Assembly (NCBI GenBank): GCA_040905385.1
Contig: JBBDRP010000002.1
Coordinates: 459,526 to 523,525 of the forward strand
DNA: 64,000 nt
Direction of reading: 5' to 3'
Source: Minisyncoccota bacterium
GTDB taxonomy: Bacteria > Patescibacteriota > Minisyncoccia > Phycocordibacterales > SW-6-46-9
Each line of letters opens with the position of its first letter. Position 1 is the first letter of the stretch. Of this stretch, positions 29,841 through 37,828 are shown piece by piece. The notes under the pieces were generated by a model. It was given only the letters and a program-made list of their open reading frames with translations, did no database searches and was not told the DNA's origin. A program made the position numbers and the translations under genes.

Positions 29841-30665
29841 TTACTCCAATAGATCAAGTGTCAAGCAGTGTGGTCCACCACCCCCTTTAATAAACTCGGA
29901 AAGGTCGATCGTCTGTACCCCATACCCTAGCTTCTCGAGGGCTTGCTGAGTAGCTGTAGATACTGATGTAGTAATAATAGTATCATCAACCTCTATAATA
30001 TTTGCGCCAAAATATTCTGTTTCCGCATCAAGCTCAATAACTGTGCGGCCGTCCCATAATTCAGAAGAACGCCATGTTTCACCCAAATGCAATGCGGGTG
30101 GATACACCAACACTCCACCTTGACACAAAAACGATACTGCCATATCTAAATGCAGATACTTGTCATTTGGTAGACGTGCAAATATCACCTCAATCGTGAG
30201 ACCAGTTTGTTGGCGATAAAATTCAATAAGCCATTGGTATGCCTCCACATTTTCACCTGGTTTGTAGCCCGCCACCAATGTCTGTTCATCTCGCCACATC
30301 AAGTTACCGCCCTCTAAATGCATACCTCGAGGTAACTGGTGGATTTCGTAGTCATGTTGCTTGAACCATCGCTGCAACAACTTTGGCTCGCGCATTCCCC
30401 GTGGACCAACGCTTCGTAGCAGTAATACTTTTCCAGGAGCATAAACCCAAGCATTGTCACGTGTATACACCATCGCTGAATCTCGAGCAGAAGGTTCGAT
30501 TTCCTGGACAACACCACCTGCAGCCACAATGGCGCACCGTAAGGTGCGCCATTGTTCCATTGCGAGATCTCGATCTACCGTCTCGTCGATGGTCAGCCAA
30601 GCGTTGAAGAGAAAGTGAGCATCAAAGTAATCAGGTGGACATAATAGAAAAGCACGCTGCTCCAT
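29841..30665 (-). CDS. Amidinotransferase/DDAH/arginine dihydrolase-fold (pentein) enzyme
   Basis: LLCPPDYF, YTRD, LEGGN, YLHLD, SEFIKGGGGPHCLT (Cys-His-Asp triad positions); start at MEQRAF, 7 nt after the upstream stop. Confidence 0.85.
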   Translation of the reverse strand: MEQRAFLLCPPDYFDAHFLFNAWLTIDETVDRDLAMEQWRTLRCAIVAAGGVVQEIEPSARDSAMVYTRDNAWVYAPGKVLLLRSVGPRGMREPKLLQRWFKQHDYEIHQLPRGMHLEGGNLMWRDEQTLVAGYKPGENVEAYQWLIEFYRQQTGLTIEVIFARLPNDKYLHLDMAVSFLCQGGVLVYPPALHLGETWRSSELWDGRTVIELDAETEYFGANIIEVDDTIITTSVSTATQQALEKLGYGVQTIDLSEFIKGGGGPHCLTLDLLE

Positions 30666-30672
30666 ATTACGA

Positions 30673-31197
30673 TTACTGAATCGGATCTTGTAGAGATACA
30701 CCCTTAGTAGACTGTAGCTGCGCATCTAATTCCGGTGTATCTCCTGGTTTTAGCATGCGGGCACGCACGCGACGCAGGGCACGACGAGCGTAGCGACCCT
30801 GCACTTTACCTGCTCGGGCACTTATTCGAGCCCGGACACGTCCCAAAACATACCGTGGACTCACTCGACGTCCAAGTCGTGGAACTGCTCTTGCAGACGC
30901 CCGAGCACCTGGCATCAACATAAACATACCCATCACACCAGCTACAACTGCTACGCCTATACGCCGCGACAGCAAGCGTACCTTATCCATGAGCGTTGGA
31001 GTGGCATCCTGTACCAAACGAGGGTCCATTCCCAAGTTCACAAGTTGTCGAGCATCACCCGATTGCACAGCCTGAAGCTCTGTATCTGTAAGGCCATAAC
31101 GCTTCTTAACGGCCGCGGCATCATCACGCAACTCTTGTTGTAATGTAGAACTGAAATATAATTTCTTAATAACACGATCAAGTACTTTATTTTGCAT
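30673..31197 (-). CDS. LigA-like N-terminal domain + internal hydrophobic segment + Arg-rich C-terminal region (candidate modified-peptide precursor)
   Basis: ..ELRDDAAAVKKRYGLTDTELQAVQSGDARQLVNLGMDP helical pattern; SRRIGVAVVAGVMGMFMLMPGARA; 17 Arg in 49 residues. Confidence 0.7.
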   Translation of the reverse strand: MQNKVLDRVIKKLYFSSTLQQELRDDAAAVKKRYGLTDTELQAVQSGDARQLVNLGMDPRLVQDATPTLMDKVRLLSRRIGVAVVAGVMGMFMLMPGARASARAVPRLGRRVSPRYVLGRVRARISARAGKVQGRYARRALRRVRARMLKPGDTPELDAQLQSTKGVSLQDPIQ

Positions 31198-31404
31198 AGT
31201 AGAATTAAATTACTTATATGTCTTAAGTTTAGCATGTAGTAGCAACACTAAGCAATCCGCTATAATGACTTTTGCAGTTTGATTGGTTGAGAAAAATTAC
31301 ATGACATTATTGAAATATAATTATTTAAACGAAGACAAAATAGTGAAGAACAAGTCAAAGCTAAGATAGCGTCGCAAATAGACGCGTTATTTTTTCTCTC
31401 GCAG

Positions 31405-31836
31405 TCAGCCTTTATTTTCTTGAAGTATTACTACGGGGTCGGAGTTTGGCGGTTCAACTGTAGTAAAAAGATTTTTCTCATGAAAAATAACTACAGGATC
31501 GCTGTTTGGCGGTTCAACTGAAACCAGAACCCCGTCACCACCAGCCTGTATGTCAATCCCAACAGGATTTGTAAACTCATGTTCAGGAGAGCTTTCACCC
31601 TCACGAAATTCCGGGTCAGCGTGACCATCTCCGTCGTCATCACTATCCTCGTCACGAACAGAGGTCGGCTTATTCGAGCGCGTCGCGTTATAGTCTTGAG
31701 CTTGCGTCGCTCCTGGTGGTGAGTTTACTTTAATTATTTCGCCAACTTTTGAGGCCTCGGCCACGGGTATGGTAGAAATTACCAGACCCACAAAAGCGAA
31801 CGAGACGATACTAAATATTGCTATTTTTCTATACAT
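31405..31836 (-). CDS. Secreted low-complexity protein with YNATRSNKPTS motif and a VEPPNSDPVVI repeat
   Basis: Signal peptide ending VAEA|S; acidic linker; C-terminal duplication. Confidence 0.7.
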   Translation of the reverse strand: MYRKIAIFSIVSFAFVGLVISTIPVAEASKVGEIIKVNSPPGATQAQDYNATRSNKPTSVRDEDSDDDGDGHADPEFREGESSPEHEFTNPVGIDIQAGGDGVLVSVEPPNSDPVVIFHEKNLFTTVEPPNSDPVVILQENKG

Positions 31837-31916
31837 AATGAAAATTATTAGTTATCCTATTTCTCCGACTATGGTGGGAAACTGTGGAGTGCCACACCCT
31901 TCAGCACGGGAACTTT

Positions 31917-32894
31917 TTAATTGACGGACTTTGAAAGTTCTGCGCCGGCTTTGAACTTAACCACGTTCTTAGCGGCTATTTGAATTTCTTTGCCTGTTTG
32001 TGGATTGCGACCGGTGCGTGCAGATCGTTTGCTGATACTGAATGATCCGAAGCCAATGAGTGAGATTCTATCACCCTTTTTGAGCGCTCTCGTTGTTGCG
32101 TTAGTAAAACCTTCAAGTGCTTTTTTGGCATCCGCTTTTGAGAGACCTGCTTTACTTGCGATCTCGTCGATAAGTTCAGCTTTGTTCATTCTTTCCTGTA
32201 TATCATTGTCGTCTCCATCATCCCCGTCGGCATCAACGGGTGATTTAGATGTAGGTTTGTTTGAACGAGACGCGTTATAGCCTTTAGCAGGTGCTACGTT
32301 CTCTCCGCTATTAGATGAACCGTCGTCATCAATACCCTTGATGCCGGGGCCGCCTTTAAATTCGTCAATTTTGCCTCGCGTCGCCTCTGTTTCGCTATCA
32401 CGCCCACCGTGACCAATTTGTGGATTGCGTCCGGTGCGTGCAGATCGTTTGCTGATACTGAATGAACCAAATCCAATCAATGAAATACGATCTCCTTTTT
32501 CCAAAATTTCCGTTGTTACGTTAGTAAAACCTTCAAGCGCTTTTTTTGCATCGGCTTTTGAGATCTTTGCGTCACTAGCGATCGCGTCGATAAGTTCAGC
32601 TTTGTTCATTCTTTCCGATATATCGTCATCCCCGTCGTCACCTCCACCTGATATCTCCGGAAGTTTCTTTTTAAGAATGCGCATGATTTCGTCGCCGTTA
32701 GGAGTATCCTTTTCTGCCTCCACAGCTTGCTTTCCTCTAACAAACTCACCGATTGTTCCGCCGTCATCTCCTCGTTCTTTTTCTTCAGGAGGATTATCAA
32801 TTGAGCGAGCTTCTGCGCTCATAGGCGTCGTGACGGTTAATACTCCAACAATCACAAGAACAATAGCGAATGTAAAGTAATAAAAATATTTCAT
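31917..32894 (-). CDS. Signal-peptide-bearing protein with two HU (DNABII) domains
   Basis: Signal peptide ending SAEA|R; MNKAELID...GFGSFSISKRSARTGRNPQ twice; the second copy is complete (VKFKAGAELSKSVN). Confidence 0.85.
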   Translation of the reverse strand: MKYFYYFTFAIVLVIVGVLTVTTPMSAEARSIDNPPEEKERGDDGGTIGEFVRGKQAVEAEKDTPNGDEIMRILKKKLPEISGGGDDGDDDISERMNKAELIDAIASDAKISKADAKKALEGFTNVTTEILEKGDRISLIGFGSFSISKRSARTGRNPQIGHGGRDSETEATRGKIDEFKGGPGIKGIDDDGSSNSGENVAPAKGYNASRSNKPTSKSPVDADGDDGDDNDIQERMNKAELIDEIASKAGLSKADAKKALEGFTNATTRALKKGDRISLIGFGSFSISKRSARTGRNPQTGKEIQIAAKNVVKFKAGAELSKSVN

Positions 32895-33214
32895 AAAAAT
32901 GTGTTTATATTAGAATGTTTAATAATAGTATAATTATGGCATATATATTTATCTCGCACAATGAATATTCAGTTGTTTTTTAAAGTATCATCTGAAATTA
33001 AGAAAATAAATACGCCATTGAGATCAAATATTATTGCCTTCTTCATGAAAGTAGTATATTAAATACCTTTGATATTAAAACTAATCATTGGTATTATACT
33101 GAGGATTCTACTGCCGGATCGCCCGGCCTTCGCACAAGGCTTCGGCGGATAAATATCAATAGCTTCGATTTAGAAATATTTTGAAGTCATTGTTTAATCG
33201 GCTGTGAACAATTT

Positions 33215-33285
33215 TGCCGGATCGTCTAATGGTAGGACGCATGGTTCTGGTCCATGTAATCTAGGTTCGAGTCCTAGTCCGGCAA
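33215..33285 (+). tRNA. tRNA-Gln(CTG)
   Basis: TGCCGGA/TCCGGCA acceptor, CATGG-TTCTGGT-CCATG anticodon arm, CTAGG-TTCGAGT-CCTAG T arm; no encoded CCA. Confidence 0.95.
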
Positions 33286-33309
33286 CAAATTAAACGAAGT
33301 GCGATTTGG

Positions 33310-33463
33310 TGCCGGAAGCGAGTGCATTTCTGCACTCGCGTCAGGATTCGAAAGCCGCAGTGATGTCTGCGTTTGGCGTAGCCAAGGCGCAGACCACGAG
33401 GCGGGGTCGCGGAATTTTCTTGTCAGAGAAAATATCTGTGACCGAGTCCTAGTCCGGCAACAA
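33310..33463 (+). ncRNA. tRNA-trailer structured element, copy 1 (outer stems copy tRNA-Gln ends)
   Basis: Starts with TGCCGGA, ends with a 21-bp repeat of the tRNA 3' end; core shared with 52789-52942. Confidence 0.65.
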
Positions 33464-33521
33464 TTCAATACAGCTCTCGCAAACGCTCAAGCTTTACTCA
33501 GTATTTGATATACTAAAATAC

Positions 33522-34040
33522 ATGAATTTCTCAGAACAATTTGATGGTCCAGATAAGCCAGATGATGACAACGAAAACCATGACAGCTACTTAAGCGCAG
33601 AATTTCGGTATTGGGCCTCAGAATTTAAAGATGAGCTTGAGATGCACGGACTGCAGTGGATCCAAAAAGGTGGTGGTGACAGTGATCAATGTCAAGTCAG
33701 GATCAAAAAGGAGTCAGGTTTTGGTAGACAATTTACCGGAGAGGGACAAGGTTGGAAGGAGGCGTTTGAAGATGCTATGGATAAGTACCGCAAACATCTG
33801 GAAAGTCGACCTAAAACCATCTCAGCCAAAGGTCTTTCCTCTGATGAGATAGAGAGAGTGCAGAAGGGTGGAGAAAAAGAATATAGAAAAATAGCGTACG
33901 AAAAAGTACGTGATGCAGCGAAAGTCTCAAAGTTTGGTGAGGTAGAAACAAATTTTTTAAAAATATTTCTTAATGATTTAAAAGAAGAAGATTACGAGAT
34001 TGCAGAAAAAGTAGACAAAGAACTTAAAAGTAGAAAGTGA
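33522..34040 (+). CDS. Hypothetical charged protein
   Basis: 172-aa ORF with TGaTATACT 7 nt before ATG. Confidence 0.7.
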   Translation: MNFSEQFDGPDKPDDDNENHDSYLSAEFRYWASEFKDELEMHGLQWIQKGGGDSDQCQVRIKKESGFGRQFTGEGQGWKEAFEDAMDKYRKHLESRPKTISAKGLSSDEIERVQKGGEKEYRKIAYEKVRDAAKVSKFGEVETNFLKIFLNDLKEEDYEIAEKVDKELKSRK

Positions 34041-34151
34041 TAAGCTTACTTTGCTTAAGAAAAGTAAGCAATTCTAGTCTTCACGGTAAAATAATCCTGT
34101 AAACCGAATCTCTGCCCATCCTATGTCAATGAACTGATATTATGCTTACTA

Positions 34152-34592
34152 ATGAATAAATCATCTACAATATATTTCTACGGTGGTGGCTATAACTGTC
34201 TCTCGAACTTTGCCGCCTATCAAGTTGTGTATGACGATAGAATCTGGATGACGGCCGAGCACGCTTATCAGGCACATAAGTTCAATGACACAGATATTCA
34301 GGATGAAATTCAGTCCTGTGCCTCAGCCCATGCTGCCAAACAATTAGCCCATGAATACGGAAACCACGTACGTGAAGACTGGTTTGATATAAATGTTGAA
34401 ATTATGGAGAACATACTACGCGCAAAGCTTTCTAAGCACCAACACATTCAGCAGAAGTTACGGGTGTCAGCGGAAAAAGAACTAGTTGAAGACTCTGATG
34501 ATGAGTTCTGGGGTTGTGGTGAAAATAGAAACGGGAAAAATATGCTTGGAAAACTATGGATAAAGTTACGAAATGAGCTACTAAAGACATAG
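34152..34592 (+). CDS. NADAR (YbiA-like) family protein
   Basis: LSNF, TAEHAYQAHKF, LVEDS.D.FWG.G...GKNMLGKL. Confidence 0.92.
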   Translation: MNKSSTIYFYGGGYNCLSNFAAYQVVYDDRIWMTAEHAYQAHKFNDTDIQDEIQSCASAHAAKQLAHEYGNHVREDWFDINVEIMENILRAKLSKHQHIQQKLRVSAEKELVEDSDDEFWGCGENRNGKNMLGKLWIKLRNELLKT

Positions 34593-34667
34593 CTACCACC
34601 CAGTCATAAACTGCCTTGAATTAAACCTTTGCTATACTGATACGTAGACATCCTTAAATTTAGATAA

Positions 34668-35654
34668 ATGGAAATTCTATACTCATTTTTAATAATCTTC
34701 GTAGGCGTCTTTTTTATGATTCAGGCCGGCAAGGTCGTTGTCCGGTCGCTTGGTATCACGGCCCGTTTTCTGCGACTGTCTGAGTATGTCTTATCATTTA
34801 TTCTCATCGCCCTGGCCACGTCTCTTCCGGAGCTTGCTGTCGGCGTAAACTCAGCGATCCTCGGCATTCCAGAACTTTCGCTTGGAGACATTATCGGAAC
34901 CAACATAGTAAACTTCAGCTTAATTCTCGGAGTCGTGGCTATAGTCGGAAGCAATGTAGAATTAAAGGACTACGATCACTTCAAGAAAAATAGATTGTTT
35001 CTGATGTTGGCTGTACTGGCACCAATGATCCTGATTCTGGACGGTACGCTCTCAAGAATTGACGGAGGAGTACTTATCCTGCTTTTTGTGTGGAATATCA
35101 TCAGGCTTCTTGATCTAGATGACATACTTCTCGGCAGAAAAGTTCTGCGACCGCATTTAAGTAAATATGTACACGATAGCGTTGCTACATGGAAAGAATT
35201 CTTAAAACACCTCTTCTTGCTACTAAGTGGGGCGGCTGTATTAATAACCTCTGCCCTATTTATTGTTAGAGCGGCTGAGGATATATCCATAGCCCTAGGT
35301 GTATCTAGCGCGCTAATTGGGGTGCTCGTCATCGCGGTGTGCACAAGTTTGCCTGAGCTCATTGTGGGACTGCGAAGCGTGCGAGCAGACAAAAGCAGCA
35401 TAACGCTCGGTGACATCCTTGGTTCGGCGACGATTAACTCAACCTTGGTTCTTGGTATTGTGACGCTTATATCACCAATTACGTTACAGAATCAAGCGAT
35501 TGTCTGGGTGGGGATACTATTTACTATTGCTTCGCTACTTATGATCTTTTATTTTCTCAAAAGCAAACACTCGATATCGCGCAAAGAGGGGTATTTCCTT
35601 TTCGGGCTCTACATCCTTTTTGTACTAACGCAGCTCGGTATAAATTTCTATTAG
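34668..35654 (+). CDS. Ca2+/Na+ antiporter (YrbG/CaCA family)
   Basis: Two TSLPEL...GDI(I/L)G alpha repeats, about 10 TM. Confidence 0.92.
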   Translation: MEILYSFLIIFVGVFFMIQAGKVVVRSLGITARFLRLSEYVLSFILIALATSLPELAVGVNSAILGIPELSLGDIIGTNIVNFSLILGVVAIVGSNVELKDYDHFKKNRLFLMLAVLAPMILILDGTLSRIDGGVLILLFVWNIIRLLDLDDILLGRKVLRPHLSKYVHDSVATWKEFLKHLFLLLSGAAVLITSALFIVRAAEDISIALGVSSALIGVLVIAVCTSLPELIVGLRSVRADKSSITLGDILGSATINSTLVLGIVTLISPITLQNQAIVWVGILFTIASLLMIFYFLKSKHSISRKEGYFLFGLYILFVLTQLGINFY

Positions 35655-35664
35655 CCTAAATCGA

Positions 35665-35700
35665 TTAAAAAAATCCCTGGGTTACCCAGGGATTTTTTAA
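35665..35700. terminator. Bidirectional terminator
   Basis: aaaaaatccctggg-tta-cccagggatttttt between convergent genes. Confidence 0.8.
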
Positions 35701-36081
35701 TTAAGTATCATATTGTGGTAATAATTTTTGATTTAGTTGGATATGCCTTGAAATGATATCAGCACATTTTGGATCTCGTTTATCACGGGCGTAAGCTAAT
35801 GCTGCTTTATTACCTGCATCATGAATGCTGGCATTGGCACCATGCTTACACAGAAATCTAACGACATCGGTACGATTCTCTTCTGCTGCAAGAATCAGCG
35901 CTGTTTTGCCAGTTACAGAAGTTTTTTGATTTAAATAACTCTTGGAATATCCATGCAGCGCTGCTAACTGCTTGACCTTTTCAAGGTTACCACTCCTAGC
36001 TGCTTGTAGAAGATTCTGCTCTTTACGGTAATCATGATGACTGAGTCCAACATACTCTGAAGTTGGTTTTGTTTGAGCCAT
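35701..36081 (-). CDS. Small ankyrin-repeat protein
   Basis: LLQAARSGNLEKVK, GKTALILAAEENRTDVVRFLCKHGANASIHD, AALAYA; start placed at MAQTKP, downstream of TTGCTT-17-TATATT. Confidence 0.8.
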   Translation of the reverse strand: MAQTKPTSEYVGLSHHDYRKEQNLLQAARSGNLEKVKQLAALHGYSKSYLNQKTSVTGKTALILAAEENRTDVVRFLCKHGANASIHDAGNKAALAYARDKRDPKCADIISRHIQLNQKLLPQYDT

Positions 36082-36152
36082 GAGAATAAATTTTGAAGGT
36101 TCAAATTTACCATCAATATAAAGTAGAATACCTCTATAAGCAACCAAATATG

Positions 36153-36181
36153 TTGACAAAACACGGTCGCTTCTCTACTAT
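36153..36181 (+). promoter_or_regulatory. sigma70 promoter
   Basis: TTGACA-17 nt-TACTAT upstream of 36220. Confidence 0.65.
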
Positions 36182-36219
36182 CGAACCAGAAACCACAACT
36201 CAAACCAAAGCTAAATGCC

Positions 36220-36765
36220 ATGGAAGAAACAGCTGTTCATTCACATCCACAGTCTGGTAAAAACTTTTTATCACAAATACAGAAAATAACCGAAGAAGGT
36301 AGAAAAAAACGAAAAGATGCCCGAAGGAAAGCCCGAGCGAAACTGTTGAGGAGTTTCTACAGGGAATGCCGGCAAACCGTAGCTCATGAAGTAGAATTAA
36401 TCGAGAGAAGAATAACGCGGTACGCGCAGGATGGTAAAAATGTCTATTTTAGACCCTTTTCTATCCATCATAAGAAACTGTACGAAAACAGATCATCTAT
36501 TGATTCAGTTCCCCATCTTTTACTAAGCAAAAACAAAGCAAGAAAAGAGAAGGTTATCTCGAATTATCTTGATCTCGACTTCATTGATTCAAGATACGCA
36601 TATCTTATGAACAAAAGAGTTTATTACGAAATCGCACTGCACTTCCTCAATAAGAACCTCAGCGTTTATGATGGAACTGCGGAAATTTACCTTGATCCTG
36701 ACTACGCCCGCAGTCACAACTACAAACTTAATGTAGAAATACACCTCCTGGTCATTCGCTGGTAA
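36220..36765 (+). CDS. Basic hypothetical protein, orphan
   Basis: Own promoter and terminator; K/R-rich N-terminal helix. Confidence 0.7.
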   Translation: MEETAVHSHPQSGKNFLSQIQKITEEGRKKRKDARRKARAKLLRSFYRECRQTVAHEVELIERRITRYAQDGKNVYFRPFSIHHKKLYENRSSIDSVPHLLLSKNKARKEKVISNYLDLDFIDSRYAYLMNKRVYYEIALHFLNKNLSVYDGTAEIYLDPDYARSHNYKLNVEIHLLVIRW

Positions 36766-36777
36766 TATCACTTAACT

Positions 36778-36810
36778 AAACCCTTAGAAACAGCTGTTTC
36801 TAAGGGTTTT
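36778..36810. terminator. Bidirectional terminator
   Basis: aaacccttagaaacag-ctgtttctaagggtttt. Confidence 0.75.
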
Positions 36811-37771
36811 AATCTCGTACTACCACCTCGGTTCCTTCTGGTGTCCAGGCATACAACTGCATCGCCTTTTCTGGCGGGAGGTTTACGCACCCGTGCGACC
36901 AGTTTCTGCCAAATTTATCATGCCAGTAGGCGCCATGAATCACCGCGCCCTGCTCGGTAAAGTAGAGATTCCACGGCACCCCAGGCAGATCGTAATCATC
37001 ATCTGTGATGCCCGGAATCGGCCCCTGCATATAGCGGCTGGGCGTACGGTAGAAGACCGTGAAAGTCCCCCGTGGCGTAAGGGCACCAATAACACCGGTC
37101 GACACCTCCTCTTCCATATATATATCATCGCCCTCGTAGGCATACAGCTTCTGTTCAGACAAATTAATCACAATACGTTTCGGGCTTGAGGTACTTGATG
37201 CCGATTCGGTAAGTGTATTCGGATCAACAGCGCGAACGTACTCAGCCGCTACATACCAGTCCCCGTTCAGCCGTTCGGGATGTCGCAGCCACTCGTCAAA
37301 AACAACCTTGTACCACACCAACCCTTCGGCCTGTACCCTATCCTCAACCTTTAGTACCTGACCGTTGCGTAGCTTGTCCTGAATCTCAGCAGCTGTTGAG
37401 GGCGCTGCGCGCACATTCAGGCAATCTCCTTCGTAGTAAGGACCGCAGGCATCTGTTACCTCGATATAGGTAGGCAGCTGAGTTTCCTCTTCATCATCTT
37501 CTGATTCTTCCGGACTCGTTTCAGTTTCTGTATCACTTGAGGTTAATTGTGCCTCCTCTTCCTCCTGTTGCGCCTGGTCTCGTCGGATATCCGCGAGCTG
37601 TTCTTCAGGCATTATGTTCTCTATATCCGACTCCAGCACAACTCGTGATGAAGTGGAAGATTCTTTAATAGTAATGCTCTCCGTATGCTCCCACTGAGCC
37701 GTCAAAAGCGTAAATGTAGCTGCCATGGCAACAACAAGCAATACAATCTTTGTGATTAAAGATGATTTCAT
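36809..37771 (-). CDS. L,D-transpeptidase with SH3 domain
   Basis: TM, LNVRAAPST SH3b, INLSEQKL, TPRG.F, IHGAYWH...SHGCVNL. Confidence 0.9.
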   Translation of the reverse strand: MKSSLITKIVLLVVAMAATFTLLTAQWEHTESITIKESSTSSRVVLESDIENIMPEEQLADIRRDQAQQEEEEAQLTSSDTETETSPEESEDDEEETQLPTYIEVTDACGPYYEGDCLNVRAAPSTAAEIQDKLRNGQVLKVEDRVQAEGLVWYKVVFDEWLRHPERLNGDWYVAAEYVRAVDPNTLTESASSTSSPKRIVINLSEQKLYAYEGDDIYMEEEVSTGVIGALTPRGTFTVFYRTPSRYMQGPIPGITDDDYDLPGVPWNLYFTEQGAVIHGAYWHDKFGRNWSHGCVNLPPEKAMQLYAWTPEGTEVVVRD

Positions 37772-37828
37772 TTCCTCCATTATACGTGACATATCAGCAT
37801 TCGCTGCTAATTTTCAAAAATAATTTAT

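Noticed and set aside
31420-31530. VEPPNSD repeats as graspetide cores
   Set aside because: No adjacent ATP-grasp ligase, and the protein has a Sec signal rather than a leader peptide.
33340-33445. Hammerhead ribozyme reading of the trailer core (GAAA and GTGATG present)
   Set aside because: The CUGANGA/GAAA/UH order and junction geometry do not fit.
33268-33463. attL/attR of an integrated prophage or island
   Set aside because: The repeats are only 175 bp apart, there is no integrase or cargo, and the interior is a conserved structure also found at tRNA-Leu.
33299-33508. ORFs 33299-33508, 33274-33468, 52815-53090, 52522-52728 and 58828-59046
   Set aside because: They overlap tRNAs or the structured elements and are not credible proteins.
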